Assembly: GCA_963674945.2 (NCBI GenBank)
Contig: CAXXWQ010000004.1
Span: 512,001 to 576,000, forward strand
Reading direction: 5' to 3'
From: an uncultured Desulfosarcina sp.
GTDB lineage: Bacteria; Desulfobacterota; Desulfobacteria; Desulfobacterales; Desulfosarcinaceae
Length of the DNA: 64,000 bases
Both the position numbers and the translations under genes were made by a program. Positions 9,828-19,849 of this stretch are shown one piece after another. The notes beneath the pieces are model-generated. The model searched no databases. It had not been told where the DNA came from and was given only the letters and a program-made list of their open reading frames with translations. Numbering within the stretch: position 1 is the first letter of the stretch; each line of letters begins with the position of its first letter.

Positions 9828-12596
9828 TTGAGCAACAACAGGAGCGTATTCGATATGTCCGCTAAATTTTCAACGGCCCTGGCCGAATCCAGTGCCCAGG
9901 CCGAGCACGCCTGGCATGAATCGTCGACCAAAGTGTCCGGATCGGCCGCACCACGAGCCGACGTCCAGGAAGCGCACCTTTCCGATTACCTGGAAATCCT
10001 GAAAAGGCGCAAATGGATCGTTATTTGCTTTTTCGTGTTGATTGTCGGTGCAATGGCCGCCGCATCGCTTTTCGCCATTCCCCAGTATCAGGCGAGTTCA
10101 CAGCTCATGCTGGGAGGAAAGCCGACACCGATGAATCCCCTTGGCGAAAGCCCCCAGCGGATCCCTGAAATCAATCTTTACTATAAAACCCAAGTCAATC
10201 TGCTCAGCAGTCGAACACTTGCGCGCAAGGTCATTAAGGCGATGGATCTGCAGGAGGTATACAAGGACCTGTCGAAACCGCATCCTTTTCTATCAGCGGC
10301 TGCCATGTTTTTTCATATCGGTAGTAAGGACTCCCAGGCCGATCCTATCACCATCCAGACCCCGGAAAATCCATCGGTTCAGGTCGGCTACAAGGTGATC
10401 GACTGGTATATACGCCACCTCACCGTCGAGCAGATACGCGACAGCAGTCTGGTAAAGGTCGGCTTCACCGGACCCGATGCATCCCTGATTACCCAGATTG
10501 TCAACACACATGCACAGGCAGCCATCGACAGTGCCGTGGAGCAACACAGAAAACAGGCTATAGATGCGCTGGAATGGCTGAAAACCCAAATTTCTGAACA
10601 AAAAAATGAGGTGGAATCATCACAGCGGGCCATTTACGAATTCAAGAAGCAGAACGATGCACTCTCCCTGGAAGACAACCAGATTATTTTCTCGCAGGAA
10701 CTGGAGGAACTCAACAGCGCGTTGACCCGGGCCAAGTCCGATCGGATCATGAAGCAGGCAACGTACATGGAACTTCAGAAAACCGTCAACGACAAAGAAG
10801 ACCTCTTGCATCTGCCGGTGATTGCCAAAGATCCGGTGGTTCAAAACCTGCGGACCCAGCTGGTAGCATTGATGTCCAGTCAAATCGAGCTGTCCACCAA
10901 GTATGGTCCCAAACACCCCAAAATGATCGAATTGAACAATGGTATTGAGCAATTGAAAAAAGAGATCGCCGGTGAGGCCAACCGTCAGGCCAAATCCATT
11001 AAGGCGGATCTGGACACGGCCATTGCAGTCGAAAATGCCATCAACAGATCGCTGCTTCAACAAAAACAGGCGGCCATGTCTCTGGGAGAGCAGGCCATCG
11101 AATACGATGTGCTGAAACAACAGGCCGAAAGCGCCCAGGACATCTACGACTTTTTATTGAAGCAATCCGAAGAACTCGGGCTTTCCAGCGCCATCAGCAG
11201 CAGCAACATGCGCATCGTCGATCAGGCGGAAGTGCCCGTTAGGCCGGTAAGCCCGAAGATTCTACTGAATCTGCTCCTGGCTGTGGCCCTTTCGCTATTC
11301 ACCGGTACGGGAATGGCCTTCTTCCTGGAGTATCTCGACAACACGGCGAAAACACCTCTCGATGTGGCCGTAAAACTGGGACTTCCGGTGCTTGGGATGA
11401 TCCCCGTGCACAAAACGCTGGGGCAGCCCAGATCCAATCATCGTCTCATCGGAGTCGAAAACCAAGGTCCCGGTAGCGAAATCCTTCCGCCGACCTATCA
11501 CATCTCCAATCGACTGCCGGACAGCCTTCGTTCACCTGCCGAAGGCCTGTACGGAAGAGTGCTGATCATCGAAAGCGTTACCATGGGTGAAGGGAAAACC
11601 ACGGTTATCTCGCAGATCGCATCGAATTTGACCGAATCCGGTCTGCGCGTTCTGTTGGTGGACTGCGATTTCCAGCGCCCCGCCCTCGATAAATTGTTCA
11701 AGGTATCCAAAAACGGCGGACTGGGAAAATCCATCGATCGCATCATGTCCCATAATATCAGCAGCGGTTCACTCTCCGACTACAGCGTTGGCGATCTCTT
11801 CTTCCTGATTGCCCTGAAAAAGAAAACCGGACGCCTGATCGTGAAAAATGAGGACCAGAACCTGGTCGCCTACTTTCAAAATGGAGTCCTGGTCCATATC
11901 CAAAACCCGGACAGTGCAGAATTCAACCGTATCGGCACCATGCTTCGCAACGGTGGATTCATTACGGATGATCAACTCGATGACGCCCTTACGCGGCATC
12001 GCCGAACCGGTCAGCCCATGGGGTACATTCTGATCAACGCCGGTTATATCGGCCGCGACAAGTTGAGGGGCCCGCTGCGGCTGCAAATCGAGGAGTATCT
12101 GCAAAAGATGTTCAGCTGGAAAAAGGGACAGTTTAAATTCATACCGGGCATGACGCAGATCTATGAAAACGAGAAAATCTTCTTCGAAGAAGACTACTCG
12201 GCCATGATCAACAATCTCGGACGAATCGAGCCCAGCACATTCATCGAAAAGGAGTTGTTCGAAAACATTCACAGCCTGCAGCAGGAGAACCTCTACCTTC
12301 TGCCTGCAGGCACCTCCTACAAACTGATCGGTGCGTTGAATCAAGTTCTGATGAAAAAAGTTTTCGAGAAGTTGAAGCATCACTTCGATGTATTGCTGGT
12401 GGACACGCCACCGTTGGATGCGGCGTCGGGAATCGAATCGATTTTCCCCCTTGCCGACGGGATCGTGGTTGTGGTCAAGGCGGGCCATCTGTCGATTAAG
12501 GTTATCAATGGTGCCTTGAGTCACCTGCCACAGGATAAAATCATCGGAACCATTTTGAATCAGGTAAAAATGACTCCGAATGCCTATTATTATTAA
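9828..12596 (+). CDS. wzc: Wzc/GumC polysaccharide co-polymerase with BY-kinase domain and DUF4388/MshEN insertion
   Basis: Two TM helices flanking a coiled coil, YGPKHPKM, Walker A GEGKTT, A' LVDCDFQRP, B LVDTPP, C-terminal YYY. Confidence 0.88.
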   Translation: MSNNRSVFDMSAKFSTALAESSAQAEHAWHESSTKVSGSAAPRADVQEAHLSDYLEILKRRKWIVICFFVLIVGAMAAASLFAIPQYQASSQLMLGGKPTPMNPLGESPQRIPEINLYYKTQVNLLSSRTLARKVIKAMDLQEVYKDLSKPHPFLSAAAMFFHIGSKDSQADPITIQTPENPSVQVGYKVIDWYIRHLTVEQIRDSSLVKVGFTGPDASLITQIVNTHAQAAIDSAVEQHRKQAIDALEWLKTQISEQKNEVESSQRAIYEFKKQNDALSLEDNQIIFSQELEELNSALTRAKSDRIMKQATYMELQKTVNDKEDLLHLPVIAKDPVVQNLRTQLVALMSSQIELSTKYGPKHPKMIELNNGIEQLKKEIAGEANRQAKSIKADLDTAIAVENAINRSLLQQKQAAMSLGEQAIEYDVLKQQAESAQDIYDFLLKQSEELGLSSAISSSNMRIVDQAEVPVRPVSPKILLNLLLAVALSLFTGTGMAFFLEYLDNTAKTPLDVAVKLGLPVLGMIPVHKTLGQPRSNHRLIGVENQGPGSEILPPTYHISNRLPDSLRSPAEGLYGRVLIIESVTMGEGKTTVISQIASNLTESGLRVLLVDCDFQRPALDKLFKVSKNGGLGKSIDRIMSHNISSGSLSDYSVGDLFFLIALKKKTGRLIVKNEDQNLVAYFQNGVLVHIQNPDSAEFNRIGTMLRNGGFITDDQLDDALTRHRRTGQPMGYILINAGYIGRDKLRGPLRLQIEEYLQKMFSWKKGQFKFIPGMTQIYENEKIFFEEDYSAMINNLGRIEPSTFIEKELFENIHSLQQENLYLLPAGTSYKLIGALNQVLMKKVFEKLKHHFDVLLVDTPPLDAASGIESIFPLADGIVVVVKAGHLSIKVINGALSHLPQDKIIGTILNQVKMTPNAYYY

Positions 12597-12780
12597 ACCG
12601 GTAATTAAATAGTACAATCTCTCATGAGCCGTATCATCATAAGTTCTTTATCGGCCGCAGTTTCGAGGAAAGCACAATGGTTAAAACGGGGCTATTTAAT
12701 TGCCGGTTTAACGCTAAACGATTAGGATACGATACTAAATTTTCTATCGACTCGACAGTGTAGAGAGAAAGGCGAAGGGA

Positions 12781-13206
12781 ATGAAGCTGTTGTCAAGCTT
12801 TCTTGGTAAACCGAGACGATATTCTTCGGTTACACCGAAAAATGATTCCTATGAGATCATCGCACGTTCCAAGTTCCGTGAGTTGATCGAAATGGAACGT
12901 CAGCGGGTGCATCGTGACAATCAACAGTTCTCCCTGCTCCTGTTCAATGCCGACCCGAATAACCGCAATGGTCTGTCAGTCGACCATATGGCCCGTCAGA
13001 TACATAAACGAATTCGGCGAATCGATCGTTTGGGCTGGTACGATGACTTTCTCATCGGTGTACTGCTCCCCAACACATCGTCCGACGGCGCCCAAGTCGT
13101 CGGCGAACTCATCGCAAATGAACTCACCAATGGACAGGATGATTCAGGTGAAAGCATACCTTTCCAAACGATGTCCTACCCGATGGTAAACGGACAAACA
13201 TCGTAA
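12781..13206 (+). CDS. Degenerate GGDEF-like protein
   Basis: FRELIEMERQR..R....FSLLLF, RRID (RxxD), WYDDF in place of GGDEF, VLLPNT..A. Confidence 0.65.
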   Translation: MKLLSSFLGKPRRYSSVTPKNDSYEIIARSKFRELIEMERQRVHRDNQQFSLLLFNADPNNRNGLSVDHMARQIHKRIRRIDRLGWYDDFLIGVLLPNTSSDGAQVVGELIANELTNGQDDSGESIPFQTMSYPMVNGQTS

Positions 13207-13229
13207 TCATATTAATTGGATATGCACAC

Positions 13230-14009
13230 ATGAAATACACATTGATTTCTCACCCATCGATAACGCCCCGGCTATTGGATACCAGCTGGCAAACACTTCC
13301 TGACGGACTCGACGAGCTGTTTATCAAGAGAATCCCCCTGTGGAAACGAAGCATCGATATCGCCGGTTCACTGTTCGCCCTGATCCTTCTTGCACCAGTG
13401 CTTCTCGCCATTTCAGCGCTGATCAAAGTCGTATCGCCCGGACCGATTCTGTTCAAACAGTTACGTGTCGGACGCGGTGGCAGTCTTTTCACCTGTTATA
13501 AATTTCGCACCATGACCCTGGATGCCGATCCGACCGTGCACAAGGAATATCTCGAGCACCTGATCGACAGCAGCCATTCCAACGAAAGGCCAGGCGATCC
13601 CATGCAGAAGCTCGATCGGGATCCACGAATTATCAGATGCGGCAATTTTTTACGATCCAGCGGGTTAGATGAACTTCCCCAGCTGATCAATGTGCTGTTC
13701 GGACAGATGAGCCTGGTCGGCCCGAGACCGCCGATCCCTTACGAAGTCGAACGGTACCCGAACTGGTACATGGCCCGATTCGACGTTGTGCCCGGACTGA
13801 CAGGCCTGTGGCAGGTCAGCGGCAAGAACCGGCTTGGATTCAACGAAATGATGCGTCTTGATATTCAGTACGCATCGAACCTTTCCCTGTTCCTGGACTT
13901 TAAAATCCTGCTGATGACACCATTGGTTGTCTTCATGCAGGTCAGGGAAATGCGACGCAATCGCATTCCCGTTCCAAAAACCGAAACAGAGATGGGAGGA
14001 AAACAATGA
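13230..14009 (+). CDS. Priming polyprenyl-phosphate sugar phosphotransferase (Bac_transf)
   Basis: KRSIDI, FKQLRVG, KFRTM, DPRI, LDELPQL, GLTGLWQV. Confidence 0.95.
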   Translation: MKYTLISHPSITPRLLDTSWQTLPDGLDELFIKRIPLWKRSIDIAGSLFALILLAPVLLAISALIKVVSPGPILFKQLRVGRGGSLFTCYKFRTMTLDADPTVHKEYLEHLIDSSHSNERPGDPMQKLDRDPRIIRCGNFLRSSGLDELPQLINVLFGQMSLVGPRPPIPYEVERYPNWYMARFDVVPGLTGLWQVSGKNRLGFNEMMRLDIQYASNLSLFLDFKILLMTPLVVFMQVREMRRNRIPVPKTETEMGGKQ

Positions 14010-15076
14010 TATCGATCGGTGTGATCGGATGCGGCTATTGGGGGCCCAATCTGGTGCGCAACTTTTTTTCTCTGCGTGACTGCAAAGTAAAAAAACTGTG
14101 CGACACCGATACAAAACGCCTCGAGGCGGTGGCGGCACTCTACCCAAGTATCGAAATGACCACCCACTATGAGGATCTGATCGAAGATCCAGGGATCGAC
14201 GCCATCGTCATCGCCACACCGGTGCGCTGTCACTTCGAAATGGCACTCAAGAGTCTATTGGCGGGAAAGCACACACTGATCGAAAAACCGATGGCGAGCA
14301 GTATCAGGGAATGCATAATATTGATCGATGCGGCAGAAAAATATGGACTGACCCTCATGGCCGGGCACACCTTCATCTATTCGCCGACCGTACGCAAAAT
14401 CAGACAAATTGTCGAATCCGAAGAGCTCGGAGAGATTCAATATCTGTCTGCAAGGCGTCTGAACCTCGGGCTGTTCCAGAAGGACATCAACGTGGCCTGG
14501 GATCTGGCCCCCCACGATATTTCCATTCTACTATATATCCTGGACGACTTTCCCGTATCGGTCAACTGCCAGGGCAAAGCCCATGTCCATCCCAACATCG
14601 AAGATATCACCAATATGGTCCTTAGCTATGCCAACGGAAGAATCGCAACCATCCAGAGCAGTTGGCTGGATCCCAACAAGGTGCGAGACATGACCGTTGT
14701 CGGCAGTAAAAAGATGCTGGTCTACGATGATCTCGAACCCATGGAAAAAATAAAAATCTACGACAAGCATGTAGAGATCCCACCACATTACGACACCTAT
14801 GCCGAATTCCACTATGCGTATCACTACGGCGACATGTTCTCCCCGTATATCAAGCAGTATGAACCTCTCAAAATGCAATGTCAGCATTTTTTGGACTGCA
14901 TTCACACGGGCGAAAGGAGCGAAACCAACGGCATGGAAGCCCTCAAGGTCGTCCAGGTCCTGGAAGCGGCCACCGCGTCGCTGAAAAACGAAGGCTGCAG
15001 GATTCAATTGGAGGATCCATTTCAACAGAAATCATTTGAAGGGGCCTGCCCGGATCTGAAAGTCGGCGTTGCCTAA
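14006..15076 (+). CDS. Gfo/Idh/MocA oxidoreductase (WbpB/WlbA-like sugar 3-dehydrogenase)
   Basis: GCGYWG, EKPM, DLAPHD motifs; context. Confidence 0.88.
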   Translation: MISIGVIGCGYWGPNLVRNFFSLRDCKVKKLCDTDTKRLEAVAALYPSIEMTTHYEDLIEDPGIDAIVIATPVRCHFEMALKSLLAGKHTLIEKPMASSIRECIILIDAAEKYGLTLMAGHTFIYSPTVRKIRQIVESEELGEIQYLSARRLNLGLFQKDINVAWDLAPHDISILLYILDDFPVSVNCQGKAHVHPNIEDITNMVLSYANGRIATIQSSWLDPNKVRDMTVVGSKKMLVYDDLEPMEKIKIYDKHVEIPPHYDTYAEFHYAYHYGDMFSPYIKQYEPLKMQCQHFLDCIHTGERSETNGMEALKVVQVLEAATASLKNEGCRIQLEDPFQQKSFEGACPDLKVGVA

Positions 15077-15096
15077 ATGTGAAAGGTGATACGGTC

Positions 15097-15564
15097 ATGA
15101 AAAAAATCTCACCGGACGTTACGCTTGGCAACAACGTGAAGGTTTACGACCCAGTCAACTTATACGGCTGCAGCATTGGCGAAAACACCAGCATCGGCAC
15201 CTTTGTCGAAATCCAGAAAAATGCACAGGTGGGGAAAAACTGCAAAATATCAAGCCACACCTTCATCTGTGAAGGGGTGGTCATAGAGGACAACGTGTTT
15301 ATCGGGCACAATGTTACCTTTATCAATGATCGTTACCCCAGGGCCACCAATGCCGACGGTGAGATGCAAGGAAAAGAAGATTGGACCTGCATCGGTACCA
15401 TGGTCAGGCGTGGTGCTTCCATCGGATCGAGTGCCACTTTAATGTGCGGTGTTACCATCGGAGAAAACGCCATCGTGGGCGCGGGAAGCGTGGTCACAAA
15501 AGACGTTCCCGCCAATTCGATGGTTATTGGCAACCCGGCAAAATTTCTTAAAAAGATAAAGTAG
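15097..15564 (+). CDS. Hexapeptide-repeat N-acetyltransferase (WbpD/WlbB/FdtC-like)
   Basis: LbH repeats, FINDRYPRA, GAGSVVTKDVP; RBS favours ATG at 15097. Confidence 0.9.
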   Translation: MKKISPDVTLGNNVKVYDPVNLYGCSIGENTSIGTFVEIQKNAQVGKNCKISSHTFICEGVVIEDNVFIGHNVTFINDRYPRATNADGEMQGKEDWTCIGTMVRRGASIGSSATLMCGVTIGENAIVGAGSVVTKDVPANSMVIGNPAKFLKKIK

Positions 15565-15572
15565 GCAGTAAA

Positions 15573-16688
15573 ATGAAAGTACCGTTTCTCGACTTAAAAG
15601 CCCAGTATGACACCATAAAAGATGAGATTGACGATGCCATCCGGCAAGTCATTGACAGCTGCAGCTTTGCCGGTGGCCCTTTTGTGGAAAAATTCGAAGG
15701 GGAGTTCGCGCGGTTTTGCGGAAGCAAATACGCCGTTGGCGTTGGAAGTGGAACCGAAGCACTGTGGCTGTCGCTATTGGCCCTTGGAGTTGGTGCCGGC
15801 GATGAAGTCATTACCGTTCCCAATACATTTATTGCCACAGTTGAGGCGATTAGCCTTTGCGGTGCGACCCCGGTCTTCGTGGATATTGAAGAAGCAACGT
15901 ATAATATGGATGCATCTCAACTGGAACATGCCATTACCGGCAAAACAAAGGCTATTCTACCGGTCCACCTCTTCGGCCACATGGCAGATATGGATCGGAT
16001 TATGGAAATTGCCAAAAATTATGGTCTGTTTGTCATAGAAGATGCCTGCCAGGCTCACGGTGCCGCGTATCGCGGGAAAAAGGCGGGAACCATCGGAGAT
16101 ATTGGATGTTTTAGTTTTTACCCTGGAAAAAATTTAGGAGCCTATGGTGATGCCGGCGCCTTGATCACAGACAATTCTGAGTTGGCTGAGAAAACCAGGA
16201 AACTAAGAGATCATGGCCAAAGCAAAAAATATTTCCATGATGTCATCGGATGGAATTCAAGAATGGATGGCCTGCAAGGGGCTGTGTTGAGTGTAAAGCT
16301 GAAGTTTATAAACAAGTGGAATGATAAACGGCGAGAAATTGCCGCATTATATGATCAATTGTTGCCGGAAAACAATTGTCTTAAAAAGCCACACAACGTC
16401 TCGCATAATCGGCATATCTATCATGTCTATGCAGTTCGTGCGAGGCAACGGGACAAACTCATAACGCATTTGCTCCGGAATAATGTTCAAACCGGGATTC
16501 ACTACCCTCTCCCTATACATCTGCAAGATGCATATCGCGGCATAAATGGTGATATGCATTTCCCCATTTCTGAAAAATGTTGTCGTGAACTCGTCTCATT
16601 ACCGATTTATCCAGAGATGCCGATCGAAAGTATTGAATATGTGTCGGAACAAATAAAAACCTTTTCGGAAAACATGATTCGGTCATAG
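15573..16688 (+). CDS. DegT/DnrJ/EryC1/StrS aminotransferase (WbpE/WlbC-like)
   Basis: EDACQAHGA, SFYPGKNLGAYGDAG. Confidence 0.95.
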   Translation: MKVPFLDLKAQYDTIKDEIDDAIRQVIDSCSFAGGPFVEKFEGEFARFCGSKYAVGVGSGTEALWLSLLALGVGAGDEVITVPNTFIATVEAISLCGATPVFVDIEEATYNMDASQLEHAITGKTKAILPVHLFGHMADMDRIMEIAKNYGLFVIEDACQAHGAAYRGKKAGTIGDIGCFSFYPGKNLGAYGDAGALITDNSELAEKTRKLRDHGQSKKYFHDVIGWNSRMDGLQGAVLSVKLKFINKWNDKRREIAALYDQLLPENNCLKKPHNVSHNRHIYHVYAVRARQRDKLITHLLRNNVQTGIHYPLPIHLQDAYRGINGDMHFPISEKCCRELVSLPIYPEMPIESIEYVSEQIKTFSENMIRS

Positions 16689-17060
16689 TCGAGCCTACCT
16701 CTGGGAACACAGGTATTGGCATTGCAATAATCGGGTGCCTTAAAGGCTATCCCGTCAAAATAGTGATGCCTGATAATATGATTGAAGAGCGTAAAAAGGT
16801 TATCCATGCACTAGAAGCAGAACTGACTTTAACTCCGGCAAATAAAAATATCAAAGGTGCATTGGCAATGGTGAGGGAAATGGCGGCAAAGGACAAGCGA
16901 ATTTTTATCCCCCAACAGTTTGAAAACCCCGAGAACCCCCACGGACACAATGAAGAAACAGCACGGGAATTATGGCACCAAATGAGGGGGAATCATTGAC
17001 TGTTTTGCTGCCGGCATTGGCAGTGGTGGAAGGCTTCAAGGCGTTGGAAAATTTTTCATT
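16682..17060 (+). pseudogene. cysK: Cysteine synthase (CysK/CysM) internal fragment, 5'-deleted, frameshifted and truncated
   Basis: VIVEPTSGNTGIGIA...VMPDNMIEER...QQFENPEN..H; after a frameshift near 16990, IDCFAAGIGSGGRLQGVG; the PLP-lysine N-terminal region is absent. Confidence 0.85.
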
Positions 17061-17115
17061 GATGTGAAAAATTCATTTTTGTTAGTTCGGAGAATCCTAT
17101 CGTCTGATTAAATTC

Positions 17116-17191
17116 GGCGGTGTAGCCAAGTGGCTAAGGCAGAGGCCTGCAACACCTCAATTCAGTGGTTCGATTCCACTCACCGCCTCCA
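17116..17191 (+). tRNA. tRNA-Cys(GCA), atypical (C31-A39 mismatch)
   Basis: GGCGGTG/CACCGCC acceptor stem, anticodon GCA at 17149-17151, TTCGATT T-loop, U73 discriminator, encoded CCA. Confidence 0.9.
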
Positions 17192-17260
17192 AACTTTGAA
17201 TTAAAATTGTCGGTTAAAACCGGCGCAAAAATCAGTGACAATAAAGAAGGTGGCCGGCAA

Positions 17261-18340
17261 ATGGCTTTACTATCTGTGAAAGCGCCCTGTATTCGTGCGG
17301 TTACTTCATGCGTTCCCAATAATCATTTTGACAACCTATCAGAGAAAAGTTTCTTTACACAGAAAGAAGTTCACAAAATCGTTCGCTTGGCAGGGGTACA
17401 CCGGCGCAGTTTGGCAGGAGAGACGGTGTGTAGCAGTGATTTATGTGAAGCTGCTGCACATGATGTGTTGACCAATTTGGATTGGTCACCGAATACGGTG
17501 GATGCTTTGATTATGGTAACTCAGTCTCCAGATTATTTATTGCCATCAACTGCATGCTTACTTCAACACAAGCTGGGGTTATCGACCGACTGCCTGGCCT
17601 TTGACATCGGGCTGGGTTGTTCCGGTTATACCTACGGGCTCATGGTTGTTGCATCAATGATGGAAAATAACTTTATTAAACGCGCATTGATGCTGCATGG
17701 TGAAACGCCTTCGCGATTTGCCCACCCTGAAGATCGAACAGTGGCTTTACTTTTTGGCGATGCAGGATCAGCCACCGCAATTGAAGCTCGGCAGGATGGC
17801 TTTGCTGAAAACTGGCATTTCAGTCTTCATACCGATGGCAGTGGTTATGACGATCTGATTATAAGAGGGGGGGGCTTTCGGAACCGAATCCCTGAGACCC
17901 CGTCAGATCATTTCGTACACATGAACGGGGCAAATATTTTCAATTTTACCATTAAACGGGTTCCTGTTCTGATTTCTGATACGCTGCGTTTTGCAGGCAT
18001 GAATGCCGATCAGATCGATTACTTTATTTTTCATCAATCCAACCTGTTTATCATGCGTCATCTGATTAATAAAATTGGCGTTCCATTGGAAAAAGCGCCG
18101 TTTACAATTGGTGAGTTTGGAAGTGCCGGTGGCCCTTCTGTTCCATTAACCATAACGAACGGACAATTGAACAGGCCTTCTGATAGATCTTTGTTATTAC
18201 TGTTAGTCTCATATGGAGTAGGGTTGTCCTGGGGATCGGCATTAGTCGATCTTCCTCCTGATGCAATATTGAACCATATCCAGCTTAAGGAGCAGGGTGT
18301 ATATGAAGAAAAGGCGACCGATGGATGTACGCTAAAATGA
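17261..18340 (+). CDS. 3-oxoacyl-ACP synthase III (FabH-like), polysaccharide-cluster type
   Basis: LGCSG catalytic Cys, LFGDAGSA, FHQSN, GVGLSW; start moved to ATG 17261 because the longer ORF overlaps the tRNA. Confidence 0.9.
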   Translation: MALLSVKAPCIRAVTSCVPNNHFDNLSEKSFFTQKEVHKIVRLAGVHRRSLAGETVCSSDLCEAAAHDVLTNLDWSPNTVDALIMVTQSPDYLLPSTACLLQHKLGLSTDCLAFDIGLGCSGYTYGLMVVASMMENNFIKRALMLHGETPSRFAHPEDRTVALLFGDAGSATAIEARQDGFAENWHFSLHTDGSGYDDLIIRGGGFRNRIPETPSDHFVHMNGANIFNFTIKRVPVLISDTLRFAGMNADQIDYFIFHQSNLFIMRHLINKIGVPLEKAPFTIGEFGSAGGPSVPLTITNGQLNRPSDRSLLLLLVSYGVGLSWGSALVDLPPDAILNHIQLKEQGVYEEKATDGCTLK

Positions 18341-19113
18341 AAATAATGGACACAGAACCCTTTATCGATTTTGAAGGACAACGTGTTGTCGTTTCCGGCG
18401 CTACATCCGGGATTGGCGAAGCCATTACGTTGATGCTAGACCGATGCAACGCGACTGTCATTTTACTTGGGAGAAACTCGGATAAACTCGCCAGGATAAG
18501 AAAAAAGATACGATCGGAAAAGCATACAACCTTGATGATCGATCTGAACGAACTGGAAGCAATCAACGGCGAGATAAGAAAAGCTGCAAGGGAATATGGC
18601 CCCATCTATGGGCTCTGCCATGCTGCTGGCATCGTTGAAACAAGGCCGTTGGATGCATTTAATATGGCAACCTTTCAATCAATGATCAATATCAACCTCA
18701 CTGCAGGATTAGAGTTGGCAAAGGCCGTTTGCAGACGTGATGTGATGTCCAAAGAGGGTGGTTCGGTGCTGTTCATTTCATCGATTTACAGTAATGTTGG
18801 GATGCCTGGGCAAATCGGATACTGCGCCACCAAGGGAGGTGTCGTATCTGCTGCAAGGGCCATGGCAGTCGAGCTTGCCAGGCGAAATATCCGTGTCAAC
18901 TGCCTCTCCCCTGGCTTGGTAAGAACACCCATGACAGACGTGGCCTTGTCTAAACTGCCTCCCGAACATGTCGAGCAATTGGAAAAATCTCACCCACTGG
19001 GAACAGGAAAACCAGAGGATGTGGCAATGGCAGCGGTATTCCTTCTATCACCGCAAAACAGATGGGCTACAGGTACCAATTTTGTTGTGGATGGTGGCTA
19101 TTCAGCAAAATAA
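18325..19113 (+). CDS. SDR oxidoreductase (FabG-like ketoreductase)
   Basis: SGATSGIG, YCATK, VNCLSPG, VDGG. Confidence 0.9.
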   Translation: MYAKMKIMDTEPFIDFEGQRVVVSGATSGIGEAITLMLDRCNATVILLGRNSDKLARIRKKIRSEKHTTLMIDLNELEAINGEIRKAAREYGPIYGLCHAAGIVETRPLDAFNMATFQSMININLTAGLELAKAVCRRDVMSKEGGSVLFISSIYSNVGMPGQIGYCATKGGVVSAARAMAVELARRNIRVNCLSPGLVRTPMTDVALSKLPPEHVEQLEKSHPLGTGKPEDVAMAAVFLLSPQNRWATGTNFVVDGGYSAK

Positions 19114-19133
19114 TCAAAAAATGTTGGGGAAAG

Positions 19134-19370
19134 ATGGATGTTCAGAGCGCACTAGCATGCATCGCTGAAATTTTTCAAGAGCCCGTTAATAGAATCACTC
19201 CGGAGACTCCGCGGGAAGAGATACCGGCATGGGATTCTTTAGGTGTACTTACACTAATTGCAGAGTTGGATGAAACGTTTGATATCCTTCTTGAAGACGA
19301 GGATATTGAAAAATTGAGAACAGTTGGGGATATTCTTGATATTTTTAAAGATAACAATAAATTACAATAA
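19134..19370 (+). CDS. Acyl carrier protein
   Basis: Acidic 78 aa with WDSLG phosphopantetheine motif. Confidence 0.9.
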   Translation: MDVQSALACIAEIFQEPVNRITPETPREEIPAWDSLGVLTLIAELDETFDILLEDEDIEKLRTVGDILDIFKDNNKLQ

Positions 19371-19390
19371 AATGCGAGCGAAATAGGACG

Positions 19391-19849
19391 ATGCGTTTTA
19401 TTCTAGTTGACCGGATTTTGGAAATGATACCCGGCCAATCGATCAAGGCCTTAAAATATGTCAATCCTGATGAAGAATATTTCAAAGATCACTTCCCCGG
19501 ATTTCCCATCGTACCCGGCGTGCTGCTATCCGAAATGATGGCGCAGTGCGCTGGGAAGTGCCTTGATGCCGAAATGTTAGCCCGCGGAAAAGCAATGTTG
19601 GCTCGGATTACCCGAGCGGACTTCAGACATTGGGTTCGACCAGGACAAGATTGTATCCTTTTCTCAAAAATCAAAAAGAGCCGGTTTCAATATGCCACTG
19701 CAGAAACATGGATTGAAGTTTTGGATACAAAAGTCTGTTCAGCAGAATTGATGTTCTCGTTTTTACCGATAGATAAATTTGCCCAAGGCTATACTGACAC
19801 TGTTCTGGATGACTTTTTTAGAAATAGAAATGGGAAAAACCATGTCTGA
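19391..19849 (+). CDS. FabZ/FabA-like 3-hydroxyacyl-ACP dehydratase
   Basis: FILVDRI, HFPGFPIVPGVLLSEMMAQ. Confidence 0.9.
   Translation: MRFILVDRILEMIPGQSIKALKYVNPDEEYFKDHFPGFPIVPGVLLSEMMAQCAGKCLDAEMLARGKAMLARITRADFRHWVRPGQDCILFSKIKKSRFQYATAETWIEVLDTKVCSAELMFSFLPIDKFAQGYTDTVLDDFFRNRNGKNHV

Noticed and set aside
9038..12617. Long antisense ORFs opposite wza/wzc (and similar ones opposite trkAH, birA and the IS1595 transposase)
   Set aside because: Shadow ORFs of well-supported genes, without motifs
17165..17260. N-terminal extension of the FabH-like ORF in the track
   Set aside because: It overlaps tRNA-Cys; the ATG at 17261 has an RBS and matches the family start
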